This document shows, piece after piece, positions 26,973 to 37,626 of a DNA stretch of 64,000 nt (position 1 is the first letter of the stretch; each line of letters opens with the position of its first letter). Location of the stretch: the NCBI GenBank assembly GCA_035294225.1, contig DATGLH010000165.1, forward strand, positions 2,831-66,830, given 5' to 3'. A program made the position numbers and the translations under genes. The DNA comes from Trebonia sp. GTDB taxonomy: Bacteria > Actinomycetota > Actinomycetes > Streptosporangiales > Streptosporangiaceae. A model generated the notes under the pieces. The model ran no database searches and was not told the DNA's origin. It saw only the letters and a list, made by a program, of their open reading frames with translations.

Positions 26973-29831
26973 CTACCCGAAGGCTTCCGGGCGCGGGCAG
27001 GCGCAGACCAGGTGGCGGTCACCGTATGCCTGGTCGACGCGGCGCACCGGGGGCCAGTACTTCGCGCGGCGGCCCGCGCCCGTGGCGGACAGCCCCGGAT
27101 AGCCGCCGTCGGCGGCCGGGTACGGGTGCTTCCACTCCCCCACGATCAGCATCTGCGCGGTGTGCGGCGCGTTCTTCAGCGGGTTGTCGGCGGCGTCGTA
27201 CTCGCCCGAGGCGACCTTGTCGATCTCGGCCCTGATCGAGATCATCGCGTCGCAGAACTCGTCGATCTCCGCGAGGTTCTCGCTCTCGGTCGGCTCGATC
27301 ATGAACGTGCCGGCCACCGGGAACGACATCGTCGGCGCGTGGAAGCCGTAATCGATCAGCCGCTTGGCCACGTCGTCGACGGTGATGCCGCCGGGAAGCC
27401 TGCGCAGGTCCACGACGCACTCGTGGGCGACAAGGCCGCTCCGGCCGGTGTGCAGCACCGGGAAGTACGGCGCGAGGCGGCGGGCGATGTAGTTCGCCGA
27501 CAGCACCGCCACCCCGGTCGCCTGCCGCAGGCCCTCGGCGCCCATCATCGCGATGTACGCCCACGAGATCGGCAGGATGCCCGCCGAGCCCCAGGGCGCG
27601 GCGGCGACGGGGCCCGCGGACCGGCCCGGCAGGAACGGGGCCAGGTGCGCCTTGACGGCGACCGGGCCCACGCCGGGGCCGCCGCCGCCGTGCGGGATGC
27701 AGAACGTCTTGTGCAGGTTCAGGTGGGACACGTCGCCGCCGAGCAGGGCGGGCGACGCGAGCCCCGCCAGGGCGTTGAGGTTGGCGCCGTCGATGTATAC
27801 CTGGCCGCCGGCCTCGTGCACCAGGTCGCAGACCTGCGCGACCGTGGTCTCGTAGACCCCGTTGGTGGACGGGTAGGTCAGCATGATCGCCGCCACCCGG
27901 CCCTCGTGCGCGGCCAGCTTGGCCCGGAGGTCGGCGAGCGAGACGGCCCCGTCGTCGCCGCACCTGACGACGACCACGCGCAGGCCGGCCAGCACCGCGC
28001 TTGCCGCGTTGGTGCCGTGCGCCGACTCGGGGATCAGGCAGACGTCGCGCTCGGCACGGCCGGCCGACGCGTGGTAGGCCCGGATGGCGAGCAGGCCGGC
28101 GAGTTCGCCCTGCGAGCCGGCGTTCGGCTGGACGGACACGGCGTCATAGCCGGTCACCGCGCACAGCCAGCGCTCCAGGTCGCCGATCAGCTCGGCATAG
28201 CCCGCCGCGTCCGCGGCGGGCGCCAGCGGGTGCAGGCCGGCGAACTCCGGCCAGGTGATCGCCTCCATCTCGGCCGTCGCGTTGAGCTTCATCGTGCACG
28301 AGCCGAGCGGGATCATCGACCGGTCGAGCGCCACGTCGAGATCGGCGAGCCTGCGCAGGTAGCGCAGCATCGCGGTCTCGCTGCGGTGAGCGCTGAACAC
28401 CGGGTGGGTGAGGAACTTGGACGTGCGCGCCAGCGACGGCGGGATGGCGTCCTCGGTGACGGTGACCAGCCGCACGTCACCGCTGTCCAGCCCGCTCCCG
28501 ACCATGGAGGCGCCGGCGAGAGCGGCGACCACGTCGCGCAGGTGCCCGGCGGTCGTCGTCTCGTCGCACGCCACCTGGACCACGCCGCCGCCCGCGTCGC
28601 ACAGGTTGTACCCGGCCTCGCGCGCACGGCGCAGCGCCGCCTTGGCCTCGGTCGGGCTCGGCAGCAGCACCCGGACGGTGTCGAAGAACACGCCGCCGCC
28701 CGTGCGGAGGCCATAGCGGCGGAGGGTGGCGTCGAGGGTGGCCGCGCTGCGGTGCACGCCCCGCGCGATGGCGGTCAGGCCCTCCGCGCCGTGGTAGCAG
28801 GCGTACATGCTGGCCGCGATGGCGAGCAGGACCTGGGCGGTGCAGATGTTGCTGGTCGCCCGCTCCCGGCGGATATGCTGCTCGCGCGCTTGCAGGGCCA
28901 GCCGGTAGGCGGGGCGGCCGTCCGCGTCCACCGAGACGCCGACCAGGCGGCCGGGGAGCTGGCGCTTGAGGTCCTCGCGGACGGCCATGTAGGCGGCGTG
29001 CGGGCCGCCGTAGAACATCGGCACGCCGAACCGCTGCGTGGAGCCGACCGCGACGTCGGCGCCCATCTCGCCAGGGGGCCTTAGCAGCGTCAGCGCCAGG
29101 ATGTCGGCGGCCACCGCTACCGTGGCCCTGGCGGCGTGGGCGGCCTCGATCACGGGGGTGAGGTCGCGGACTTCCCCGGACGCGCCGGGATACTGCAGGA
29201 GGACGCCGAAGGCGCCGGTGAAGTCGGTTTCCGCGGTGACGGGGGCGACGCGAAGGTCGATGCCCAGCGGCTCGGCCCGGGTGCGGAGCACCGCGAGGGT
29301 CTGCGGGAGGCAGTCCGCGTCGGCGAGGAACACGTTCGCGTCCCCGGAGGGGGCGGCCCGGCGGGCGAGCGTCATCGCCTCGGCCGCGGCGGAGGCCTCG
29401 TCCAGCAGGGAGGCGTTGGCGACCGGCAGCGCGGTCAGGTCGGAGACCATCGTCTGGAAGTTCAGCAGCGCCTCCAGGCGGCCCTGCGAGATCTCCGGCT
29501 GGTACGGCGTGTACGCGGTGTACCAGGCGGGGTTCTCCAGCAGGTTGCGGCGGATCACCGCGGGCGTGATCGTGTCGTAGTAGCCGAGGCCGATCATGGA
29601 CACGCGCACGGTGTTGCGGGACGCGAGGCGGCGCAGTTCGGCGAGCACCTCCCGTTCGCTGCGCGGCCGGGGCAGGGAGCTCAGGCTGGCGGGAGCGGCG
29701 GTCCCGGGCGGGAGCGCGGCGGCGAGCAGGTCGTCAAGGGAGGAATAACCGAGCGTGGCGAGCATCGCCCGCTGCTCTTCGGCTGACGGACCGATGTGAC
29801 GAGCCGAGAAAAAGGACAAATCGGCGCTCAC
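26973..29831 (-). CDS. gcvP: Glycine dehydrogenase (decarboxylating), P protein
   Basis: [55 protein letters not shown]. Confidence 0.97.
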   Translation of the reverse strand: MSADLSFFSARHIGPSAEEQRAMLATLGYSSLDDLLAAALPPGTAAPASLSSLPRPRSEREVLAELRRLASRNTVRVSMIGLGYYDTITPAVIRRNLLENPAWYTAYTPYQPEISQGRLEALLNFQTMVSDLTALPVANASLLDEASAAAEAMTLARRAAPSGDANVFLADADCLPQTLAVLRTRAEPLGIDLRVAPVTAETDFTGAFGVLLQYPGASGEVRDLTPVIEAAHAARATVAVAADILALTLLRPPGEMGADVAVGSTQRFGVPMFYGGPHAAYMAVREDLKRQLPGRLVGVSVDADGRPAYRLALQAREQHIRRERATSNICTAQVLLAIAASMYACYHGAEGLTAIARGVHRSAATLDATLRRYGLRTGGGVFFDTVRVLLPSPTEAKAALRRAREAGYNLCDAGGGVVQVACDETTTAGHLRDVVAALAGASMVGSGLDSGDVRLVTVTEDAIPPSLARTSKFLTHPVFSAHRSETAMLRYLRRLADLDVALDRSMIPLGSCTMKLNATAEMEAITWPEFAGLHPLAPAADAAGYAELIGDLERWLCAVTGYDAVSVQPNAGSQGELAGLLAIRAYHASAGRAERDVCLIPESAHGTNAASAVLAGLRVVVVRCGDDGAVSLADLRAKLAAHEGRVAAIMLTYPSTNGVYETTVAQVCDLVHEAGGQVYIDGANLNALAGLASPALLGGDVSHLNLHKTFCIPHGGGGPGVGPVAVKAHLAPFLPGRSAGPVAAAPWGSAGILPISWAYIAMMGAEGLRQATGVAVLSANYIARRLAPYFPVLHTGRSGLVAHECVVDLRRLPGGITVDDVAKRLIDYGFHAPTMSFPVAGTFMIEPTESENLAEIDEFCDAMISIRAEIDKVASGEYDAADNPLKNAPHTAQMLIVGEWKHPYPAADGGYPGLSATGAGRRAKYWPPVRRVDQAYGDRHLVCACPRPEAFG

Positions 29832-30570
29832 GGAGCCTCCCCGGTCTGGACTCCCCGTCTGTCGCCGATCCGGCTCCAGAGTGCCTATCCCGCCGGTCCT
29901 TGGTGCCTGAGAGGTTCCGGGGAAGTGTTGCCCCTTCGGCGCCCTGCCCGCGCGGCGCGGTCAGGGTCTCTCCCGGCCGGGATAACTGGCTTAGGAGGCA
30001 GTCTAGCGGATCGGGAGCGGATAAGCCCGTCTTACGGGCCCGGCGCGTCGCGAGCTCGTCGGTCCCGGTCGCGATCAGGCCGTCCTCGGCGCGGACCGCG
30101 GGAAGCTCGGCCAGCTCACCCGCGACTTCCTGCCATACCCGGCCGAGCGCGATGCCGAACACGCCCTGGCCCCCGGCGAGCAGGTCCACCAGCTCGTCCG
30201 GCGAGGTGCACTCGTAGACGCTCACCCCGTCGCTCATCAGCGTGACCTGGGCGAGGTCCTCGGTACCGCGGTCGCGCAGGTGCCGCACCGCCGCCCTGAT
30301 CTGCTGCAACGAGATGCCCGTGTCGAGGAGCCGCTTGACCACCTTGAGCACGAGGATGTCACGGAACCCGTACAGCCGCTGCGACCCCGACCCGTGCGCG
30401 GCGCGGACGCTCGGCTCGACCAGGCCGGTGCGCGCCCAGTAATCCAGCTGGCGGTAGGTGATGCCCGCCGCCGCGCAGGCCGTGGGACCCCGGTAGCCGA
30501 TCTCGGCGTCGCAGTCGGAGAGCGCGCCCTGAAGAGCCCCGGACCCACCCTTTGATACCGACACGGCCAC
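29734..30570 (-). CDS. MerR family regulator (Rv1830-like), apparent stop-codon read-through
   Basis: [37 protein letters not shown]; conserved region ends near 30025 but the frame stays open. Confidence 0.88.
   Translation of the reverse strand: MAVSVSKGGSGALQGALSDCDAEIGYRGPTACAAAGITYRQLDYWARTGLVEPSVRAAHGSGSQRLYGFRDILVLKVVKRLLDTGISLQQIRAAVRHLRDRGTEDLAQVTLMSDGVSVYECTSPDELVDLLAGGQGVFGIALGRVWQEVAGELAELPAVRAEDGLIATGTDELATRRARKTGLSAPDPLDCLLSQLSRPGETLTAPRGQGAEGATLPRNLSGTKDRRDRHSGAGSATDGESRPGRLRERRFVLFLGSSHRSVSRRAAGDARHARLFLP
29844..29984 (-). ncRNA. Glycine riboswitch (single aptamer followed by a ghost-aptamer stem)
   Basis: Minus strand GGAGAG...CGCCGAAGGGGCAA...CTCTCAGG...AAGGAC closed by TATCCCGGCCGG/CCGGCGGGATA, then CTCTGGA...ACAGACGGGGAG, directly 5' of gcvP. 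Confidence 0.9.
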
Positions 30571-30706
30571 CTCCTGTGACTACCCCCGGCACTGGCACCG
30601 TAAGCCTCCCGGGGAGGCACGTCAACGATCACGCACGGCGAGTCGCGACATTGGCGGGCAAAAGCACCCCAGTTCGACCAGCGCCTCTACAAGCTCCGCG
30701 ACCGTG

Positions 30707-31177
30707 TCACGTGGAGCGCCCGAAGTCCTCGGGCGAGATCGTGTCCAGGAACTCCCGGAACTTCTCGACCTCGTCCTCCTGCTCGTCCGGGATCGCCACG
30801 CCGGCCTCGTCGAGGATCTCGTCGGTCGCGAAGATCGCCGCGCCCGTGCGCAGCGCCAGTGCGATCGAGTCCGAGGGACGGGCACTGACCTCCGCCCCGT
30901 TCGAGAACACCAGGTCGGCGTAGAAGATCCCGTCCCGCAGCGCCGTGATGTTGACCGTGCGCAACTGCACGTTCAGCACTTCGAGCACATCGCGGAACAG
31001 GTCGTGGGTCAACGGACGCAGCGATACCATGCCCTGCTGGGCGAAGGCGATCGCCGTCGCTTCCACCGCCCCGATCCAGATGGGCAGGTACCGGTCCCCC
31101 TGCGCCTCTTTCAGCAGGACGATCGGGCTGTTGGACGGCATCTCGACTCGGACGCCGACGACCTCCATCCGCCGCAC
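30707..31177 (-). CDS. Bifunctional nuclease family protein (DUF151, Rv1829-like)
   Basis: LPIWIGAVEATAIA, RPLTHDL, ARPSDSIALA, EKFREFLD. Confidence 0.92.
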   Translation of the reverse strand: MRRMEVVGVRVEMPSNSPIVLLKEAQGDRYLPIWIGAVEATAIAFAQQGMVSLRPLTHDLFRDVLEVLNVQLRTVNITALRDGIFYADLVFSNGAEVSARPSDSIALALRTGAAIFATDEILDEAGVAIPDEQEDEVEKFREFLDTISPEDFGRST

Positions 31178-31259
31178 TAGAGCTCCGTCCTCCCACACGC
31201 CGAGCGACGCTGAGCGACGCTAAGCGAACCAAATCACTCTTCTTGCCAAACTACACCCG

Positions 31260-32003
31260 CTACCGGCCGGACGCCGAGCGGAGCCCCGGGGCTTCCCGTG
31301 GCACGGTAGGAGATGTACCCGCCGCGGGCCGCCCCGATGCCAGGCCGGCCTCGTTAAGTCCGTCTTCCACCAAGGTAGCGTGCAGCCGGGCGATGTGCCC
31401 GGCGACGTCGCGCGCGGCCCGCAGCGCCGGCTCGCGGCTGCCCTTCTGCCGGGCCAGCGGCGCCACCACCTGCTCGACCAGGGAAACCTCGCGCTCAGCC
31501 GCCGCCTTGACCGCGCGCAAGTGCCGCGGCTGGATGCCGTACTCGCGCACCGCCACCGCCGCCCGGACCACGGAGAGGGCCTGCGTCCCGTAGGTCCGCC
31601 CGTGGCGGACCAGCCCGTAGTCCTCGAGCTCGGCGAGGATCTCCTCGTCCGCGCCCGCCGCCTCGAGCAGTTCGCTGCGGGTCATCGCGACCGGCGGCGG
31701 CGCCGTGCCCGGACCGCCGCCGTCCAGGGCGGCAAGCCGCTCCTTGATCACCCGGAGCGGCAGGTACTCGTCCCGCTGCGCGGTGAGGATGAAACGCAGC
31801 CGCTCGATGTCGGCCGCCGCGAACCGGCGGTACCCGGATTCCGCGCGGGCGGGCCGGATGAGCCCCTCCGCCTCAAGGAAACGGATCTTCGACGGGCTGA
31901 TATCGGGGAATTCCCCGCGCAGTTCGGCCAGCACCTGCCCGATCCCCACGCTGGCCCGGGCCGGCCCGCCGTGTGCGAACGCCGAGCGGTGACCGCCGGT
32001 CAT
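31260..32003 (-). CDS. MerR family regulator (Rv1828/FtsR-like)
   Basis: EFPDISPSKIRFLEAEGL, SGYRRF, QRDEYLPLRVIK, GIQPRHLR. Confidence 0.9.
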   Translation of the reverse strand: MTGGHRSAFAHGGPARASVGIGQVLAELRGEFPDISPSKIRFLEAEGLIRPARAESGYRRFAAADIERLRFILTAQRDEYLPLRVIKERLAALDGGGPGTAPPPVAMTRSELLEAAGADEEILAELEDYGLVRHGRTYGTQALSVVRAAVAVREYGIQPRHLRAVKAAAEREVSLVEQVVAPLARQKGSREPALRAARDVAGHIARLHATLVEDGLNEAGLASGRPAAGTSPTVPREAPGLRSASGR

Positions 32004-32563
32004 GCGTAATCCTGCGCTCCAGGTCCGCGACGCCTGCCGAGCTCCGGGCTGCGGGTCAGGAACAGCAGCCGGAACTTGCCGATCTGCACCTCGTCGCCGC
32101 CGAACAACTCGGCCTCCTCGATCCGCTCCCGGTTCACGTAAGTGCCGTTCAGGCTACCGACGTCGCGGACGATGAAGCGGTCGCCATGGCGGTAGAACTC
32201 CGCGTGCCGCCGGGACACCGTGACGTCGTCGAGGAAGATGTCGCTGTCCGGGTGGCGGCCGGTGCTGGTGAAGTCGTCGTCGAGCAGGAAGCGGCTGCCG
32301 GCGTTCGGACCGCGCAGCACGACGAGCAGCGCCGTCCCCGGGGGCAGCGAATCGACCGCCGAGAAGTCGGGCGACGGCTCGTCGGCGTAGTCCGGCTCGC
32401 CGCCGATCGGCGAGATCGTCGAGGTGGTCTCGCCCGGCCGCTCGGCACCCAGCACGCCCCAGCTGCCCGTGTCGGCGCGCAGCAGCGGGGCGCCGCAGTT
32501 GGAGCAGTACCTGGCCCCGTCCGGGTTCGGCCGGTTACACCGGGAACAGTACACACCTGGCAT
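32000..32563 (-). CDS. garA: Zinc-ribbon FHA domain protein (GarA/OdhI family)
   Basis: CSRC/CSNC ribbon, ETTS phosphorylation motif, GRHPDSDIFLDDVTVSRRH, SLNGTYVN. Confidence 0.85.
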   Translation of the reverse strand: MPGVYCSRCNRPNPDGARYCSNCGAPLLRADTGSWGVLGAERPGETTSTISPIGGEPDYADEPSPDFSAVDSLPPGTALLVVLRGPNAGSRFLLDDDFTSTGRHPDSDIFLDDVTVSRRHAEFYRHGDRFIVRDVGSLNGTYVNRERIEEAELFGGDEVQIGKFRLLFLTRSPELGRRRGPGAQDYA

Positions 32564-33000
32564 GGCTCCGCCCGGCCTCCCCTCTCCTGGCATGGCCCCC
32601 TCGCGCAGCATCGCATCCGGCGACGTTGCCAACGGTACCTGTGCGGAGGGCTGCCGGTCCACGCGCCACGCAAACAGCCTGCGCAGGCCGCCCCTGTGCA
32701 TGCCGTCCTGTTCGCGACGTTTCCGCCACACAGCCGCTTCACCTCCGGGTCACGCGCACGGCGCAAGCATGCGATGCCCGCGGCCGGTCCCCTGTGCATC
32801 GCGAAATTCGCACGTCTGCGTAATTAACACAGATTACCTGAGCGCGGGGTCATAATCGGCCTGCTGTTACCGGGATCGCACGCGCGCCCGCGGTGTTCGT
32901 CCCCGTCGCCGGCCGACGACCCGGCCTTACCGGGACAATCCCGGCGCCCGCTACCGGCCCGCGCCCGCCCCGCGGCGCCCGCCGGCTCACCTGCCTGCGC

Positions 33001-35499
33001 CTACTGATCCGCCTGTTCCACCACCGCCGCCCACTCGTCGAGCAACAGCTGGGCGGAATCGGCGTCGGCGCCCTCCGCCCACAGGTGGGTCACCGCGTCG
33101 GCCGGATCCGGCAGCACCAGCACCCAGCCCCGGTCCCCGTCCACGATGCGCACCCCGTCCGTCGTGTCGACCGGCCGGTTCCCGGCCGCCTCCACCACGG
33201 TCCGCATCACGCTGCCCTTGGCCGCCCAGGGGGTGGGTATGGAGCGGCGCAGCAGGTGCGCCTGCGGGATCCGCGCGTCGATCTGGCTCAGCGTCAGCCG
33301 GGTCCGCGCCACCAGGCCGAGCAGCCGCACGAAGGCGGCGATGCCGTCGATGGTGCGCCCGAACTCGGGCACCACGAACCCGCCGCGCCCGTCCGCCGCG
33401 AAGATCACGTCGTCGCCCGCCGCCGCGTTGGTCAGCGCGTCCATGGACGTCGGGGTCCAGGACACCTGCACGCCGTGGAACCGGCAGACCTGCTCGGCCA
33501 CCCGGGTCGTGGTCACCGGCAGCGCCACCCGGCCGTGCCGCCGCTCGGCGGCCACCAGGTCGAGCACCACGAGCAGCGCGCGCTCGTCGCTGACCAGCGC
33601 TCCCTTCTCGTCGACCAGCTGGATCCGCTCCCCCACGGGGTCGAACCGGACGCCGAAGGCCGCCTTGGAGGAGGAGACGACCTCCGCCAGGCGCTGCATC
33701 CCGGCCCGCTGCTGCGCGACGGTCTGCGTCGGCGTCACCTCGTCGAGCCGGTTGTTCAGCGTGTGCACCTCGACGTCGATCCGGCCCAGCAGGGTGGGCA
33801 GGACCAGCGACACGGTCCCGCCGGCGCAGTCCGCGACCACCTTCAGGCCCGCGCCGCGCACCCCGCTGAGATCGACGCTGCGCAGCAGCTCGTGGTTGTA
33901 CCACTCGACGACGCGCGGCGGGTAGGAGAGCTCGGCGATCTCGCCGGGGAACGCCCGCCGGAACTCCTGCCGGGAGAAGACCCGCTCCAGCCGGCGCTGC
34001 GCCGCCTGGGAGAGCTCGGCCCCGCGCTCGTCGAGGAAGATGATGTCGATCGACTGGGTGTCGCCGGGGGTGGTGCGCAGCGCGATGCCGCCGCTGTAGT
34101 CGCCGCGGGCGGTCTCGAACCGCGCGACCGGCAGCGGCAGCGCCTCCAGGTCCACCACGTTGATCGCGGAGGCGTTCAGGGCCCCCTGCACGGCCCGCTT
34201 GAGCGTCCGGGCCGCCCGGGACACGTCGCGCGACGTGGTCACGGTTGACCCCTTCTTCAGCATGGTCGCGTACGCGGACGCCAGCCGGACGCACAGCTCG
34301 GGCGTGACCTCGACGTTGATCAGCCCGGACACGCCTCGCTGGCCGAACAGGGTCCGCTGCCCGCGCGATTCCCAGATCACCGAGTTGTTGACGACGGCGC
34401 CGGCCTCGATGGTCTTGAACGGGTAGACCTTCACCCCGGCCGAGATGTACGCCTCCGGCTCGATCACGCACTCGTCGCCGACGACCGCGGTCTCCTCGAT
34501 CCGCGCCAGCCGCATCACGTCGGTGTTCTTGCCGACGACACAGCCGCGCAGCGTGGTGCCCTGGCCGACGAACACGTTGTTGTGCACCACCGCGCGGTGG
34601 ATGAACGCGCCCTCCTTGACCACCACGTTGGCGCCGATCACGCTGTACTCGCGCAGGTGCGCGCCCGCCTCGATCTTCGCGTAGTCGCCGATGCACAGCG
34701 GCCCGGTCAGCACCGCGTCCGGGTCCACGTCGGCGCCCTCGGCGACCCACACCCCCGGGGAGACCTCGAACCCGGCGATGTCGGTGTCCACCCTCCTGCT
34801 GAGCACGTCGGCCTGCGCTTTCAGGTAGCTCTCCAGCGTGCCGACGTCTTCCCAGTACCGGTCGGACACATAGCCGAACAGCGGCGCGCCGCGCGCGAGC
34901 AGCTTGGGGAACACGTCGTGCGACCAGTCCACGGACTCCTTCGGCGAGACCTCGGCGAGAACCTCCGGCTCCATGATGTAGACGCCGGTGTTCACCGTGT
35001 CGGAGAACACCTGGCCCCACGTCGGCTTCTCAAGGAACCGCTGGATCCGCCCGTCCTCGTCCGCGATGACGATGCCGAATTCCAGGGGGTCGGGCACCCG
35101 GGTCAGCCCCACGGTGACGAGCGCGCCATTCTCCTTGTGAAACCGGACCATCTCCGAGAGGTCCATATCGGTGAGCGCGTCCCCGGAAATCACCAGGAAC
35201 GCGTCGTCCCTGAGCGCGTCCTCGGCGTTCTTCACGCTGCCAGCGGTGCCGAGCGGCATTTCCTCGGTCGCGTACTGCAAGGACATGCCCACGTCCTCGC
35301 CGTCGCCGAAATAGTTGCGCACAAGCGCCGCGAGGAACTGCACGGTGACGACGGTCTCCTTGAACCCGTGCTTCTTGAGCAGGCGCAGGACGTGCTCCAT
35401 GATCGGCCGGTTGGCGACCGGCAGCAGCGGCTTGGGCTGGTTTGCGGTCATCGGGCGAAGCCGGGTGCCCTCGCCGCCTGCCATGACGACAGCCTTCAA
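33001..35499 (-). CDS. Mannose-1-phosphate guanylyltransferase with hexapeptide repeats and a phosphomannomutase-like C-terminal part
   Basis: MAGGEGTRLRP, PKPLLP, LGTAG, FLEKP, YWEDVG; TTG start overlapping the upstream TGA. Confidence 0.9.
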   Translation of the reverse strand: MKAVVMAGGEGTRLRPMTANQPKPLLPVANRPIMEHVLRLLKKHGFKETVVTVQFLAALVRNYFGDGEDVGMSLQYATEEMPLGTAGSVKNAEDALRDDAFLVISGDALTDMDLSEMVRFHKENGALVTVGLTRVPDPLEFGIVIADEDGRIQRFLEKPTWGQVFSDTVNTGVYIMEPEVLAEVSPKESVDWSHDVFPKLLARGAPLFGYVSDRYWEDVGTLESYLKAQADVLSRRVDTDIAGFEVSPGVWVAEGADVDPDAVLTGPLCIGDYAKIEAGAHLREYSVIGANVVVKEGAFIHRAVVHNNVFVGQGTTLRGCVVGKNTDVMRLARIEETAVVGDECVIEPEAYISAGVKVYPFKTIEAGAVVNNSVIWESRGQRTLFGQRGVSGLINVEVTPELCVRLASAYATMLKKGSTVTTSRDVSRAARTLKRAVQGALNASAINVVDLEALPLPVARFETARGDYSGGIALRTTPGDTQSIDIIFLDERGAELSQAAQRRLERVFSRQEFRRAFPGEIAELSYPPRVVEWYNHELLRSVDLSGVRGAGLKVVADCAGGTVSLVLPTLLGRIDVEVHTLNNRLDEVTPTQTVAQQRAGMQRLAEVVSSSKAAFGVRFDPVGERIQLVDEKGALVSDERALLVVLDLVAAERRHGRVALPVTTTRVAEQVCRFHGVQVSWTPTSMDALTNAAAGDDVIFAADGRGGFVVPEFGRTIDGIAAFVRLLGLVARTRLTLSQIDARIPQAHLLRRSIPTPWAAKGSVMRTVVEAAGNRPVDTTDGVRIVDGDRGWVLVLPDPADAVTHLWAEGADADSAQLLLDEWAAVVEQADQ

Positions 35500-36074
35500 G
35501 ACGCAGCCGCTCCTTTCACCAGGTCCCTTACTTGGGTGAGATACAACACCGCCGCCCACCAGTACAAGGCCGTACCCCATATGGCAAAGGCCCACCCGAA
35601 CACGCGGACGATTTCCGCCGCCGGACCGCCATGCGCACCGAGGAACAAAAGCGGGAAAGCGTACATAAGGCATAGCGTGGCCGCCTTGCCGACGAAGCTG
35701 ACGTGCAGCGCGGAATAGGGGGTGCGCTGTCTCAGGGCAAGCAGGGCGATCCCCACGCAGAGCTCGCGCCCCGCGAGCGCGCCGAACAGCCACCAGGGGA
35801 TGATCCCGCGGATCGCCAGGGCGATGATCGTGGCGGCGATGTAGAGCCGGTCCGCGGCCGGGTCGAGCAGCTGGCCGAGCCGGCTCGCCTGGTTGAGCAT
35901 CCGGGCCAGCTTCCCGTCGAGCCAGTCGCTCAGGCCGGCCGCGGCGAGGATCCCGACCGCGATGAGGTCGGTTCGCGTGGTCCGCGGGCCGATGACCAGC
36001 CACAAGAACACGGGCACGCCGGCCAGCCGGGCAGCGCTCAGCGCGTTCGGCCAGGTAACGATCCGGTCGCCCAC
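35496..36074 (-). CDS. CDP-alcohol phosphatidyltransferase (PgsA2/cardiolipin synthase-like)
   Basis: PNALSAAR, DWLDGKLAR...G..LDPAADR. Confidence 0.92.
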   Translation of the reverse strand: MGDRIVTWPNALSAARLAGVPVFLWLVIGPRTTRTDLIAVGILAAAGLSDWLDGKLARMLNQASRLGQLLDPAADRLYIAATIIALAIRGIIPWWLFGALAGRELCVGIALLALRQRTPYSALHVSFVGKAATLCLMYAFPLLFLGAHGGPAAEIVRVFGWAFAIWGTALYWWAAVLYLTQVRDLVKGAAAS

Positions 36075-36221
36075 GCTGCGATCTTAATGGAGCAGGATGC
36101 CCGCCCCGGGATCGGGTGGCATACTAAGCCGGTTAATCCGCGGCAAAACCGGCGAAGGACGCTATCCGTTCGGAATCGCATTGAACAGCTCCCGGACGGA
36201 CGGCGCTCACCGGATCGCCCG

Positions 36222-36491
36222 CTAGCCGCCGACCCGGGTCGCCTCGCCGAGGATGGCGATGAGCGCCGCCACCGCCTCCTCGGCGTCCGGCCCGTCGGCG
36301 GACACCGTGACCCGCTGCCCGCTGGTCGCGCCCAGGCCCATCACGCCGAGCACGCTCTTGGCGTCCACCGTGCGGCCGCCGGCCGTCACCGACACCGCCG
36401 ACGCGAACCGCCCGGCCGCGACGGCCAGCGCACCCGCCGGGCGGGCGTGCAGGTCGCCGGACAGCGTGATCGACTCAGAGCTTGCGGGCAC
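36222..36491 (-). CDS. ptsH: HPr phosphocarrier protein
   Basis: LHARPA (His15) and DAKSVLGV (Ser46). Confidence 0.88.
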   Translation of the reverse strand: MPASSESITLSGDLHARPAGALAVAAGRFASAVSVTAGGRTVDAKSVLGVMGLGATSGQRVTVSADGPDAEEAVAALIAILGEATRVGG

Positions 36492-36864
36492 GCCACGCCT
36501 CCTCCGCGGCCTTGGCGACCGCCGTCAGGTCCGCGCCCGCGGCGGCGGCCACGGTGGCCGCCACCGCGCCCTCGACGAACGGCGCGTCCGCGAGCGTCAC
36601 TGCCAGGTCCGGCACCTCCTCGATCAGCGCCCGCACGGTGAGGACCGCGCTGCCCAGGTCGGGAAGCACGACCACGCCCGCGCCGCCGTCCGCGAGGCGC
36701 AGCGCCCGCTCTACCTTCGCCGCGCTGGTGCCGAGGCCGCCGTCGTCGGTGCCGCCGGCGGCGATCACCGTGACGGTTCCCCCGCCGACCTGCGCGGCCA
36801 GGTCCGCCGCCCCCTCGGCGAGCCGGACGCTGTGCGAGACCAGCACGATCCCTACCTGTGGCAT
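36475..36864 (-). CDS. dhaM: Dihydroxyacetone kinase phosphotransfer subunit (EIIA-Man fold)
   Basis: GIVLVSHS, AAGGTDDG.LGT, DLGSA, DAPFVEG. Confidence 0.9.
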   Translation of the reverse strand: MPQVGIVLVSHSVRLAEGAADLAAQVGGGTVTVIAAGGTDDGGLGTSAAKVERALRLADGGAGVVVLPDLGSAVLTVRALIEEVPDLAVTLADAPFVEGAVAATVAAAAGADLTAVAKAAEEAWRARKL

Positions 36865-36985
36865 GGCACGTCCTGAATGTTGCCCGGCATTGCTGAGCAG
36901 GTGACGCGGGCTGGACGGGTGCCGTGATCCGGCCGGCGCGCCGCCCAGGTCCTCGTCCTCCCCGGCTCCCGTCCCCGGCAGGCGG

Positions 36986-37621
36986 TCATCGCGCCCCGGT
37001 CTCCCGCGCTACCGTGTCCCGGAGAGCGGCCAGGATCAGCGCGGTGGACGCCGCGCCCGGGTCCTCGTGGCCGATGCTGCGCGGGCCGAGATAGGAAGCC
37101 CGGCCCTTGCGCGCCTCCATCGGGACGGTGGCCGCCGCGCCTGCTGCCGCGGCCTCGGCGAGGGCGGCCAGGGCGTCGCCCGCCGCCGCCCCCTCCGCGA
37201 CCGCCTTGCCGAACGCCCGGATGGCCGGGGCGAGCGCGTCGACCATGGTCTTGTCTCCCTCGCGGGCCGCGCCGAGCTGCTGCACGCCCGCCAGCGCCGC
37301 CTCCAGGGCGCGCCCGAGCTCGGGCAGGCCGACCTCGGGTGCGGTCCCGAGAGCCTTGCCGGCACGGCGGAAGGCCATCCCGTACAGCGGCCCGGAGGCG
37401 CCGCCCACCGTGGAGATCAGCGTGCTGCCCGTGACGGTGAGCACCGCCCCCGGGGTCGCCGCCCCCTCGATCGCGGCGGTCACGGCGGCGAAGCCGCGGG
37501 TCATGTTTATCCCGTGGTCGGCGTCGCCGATCGCCGCGTCCAGCTGGGTGAGGTGGTCGCGGTTGGCCTCGATCACCTCGCCGGCGACGCGGATCCACGC
37601 GCGGAAGACTGCGGTGTCCAT
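36986..37621 (-). CDS. dhaL: Dihydroxyacetone kinase ADP-binding subunit
   Basis: LDAAIGDADHG, VGGASGPLYG, GDKTMVD, ARKGRASYLG, DPGA. Confidence 0.93.
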   Translation of the reverse strand: MDTAVFRAWIRVAGEVIEANRDHLTQLDAAIGDADHGINMTRGFAAVTAAIEGAATPGAVLTVTGSTLISTVGGASGPLYGMAFRRAGKALGTAPEVGLPELGRALEAALAGVQQLGAAREGDKTMVDALAPAIRAFGKAVAEGAAAGDALAALAEAAAAGAAATVPMEARKGRASYLGPRSIGHEDPGAASTALILAALRDTVARETGAR

Positions 37622-37626
37622 GGAAG

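Noticed and set aside
33001-35499. Guanylyltransferase-phosphomannomutase fusion lacking the catalytic SHN serine as a novelty
   Set aside because: This architecture is, to my knowledge, common at this locus in actinomycetes
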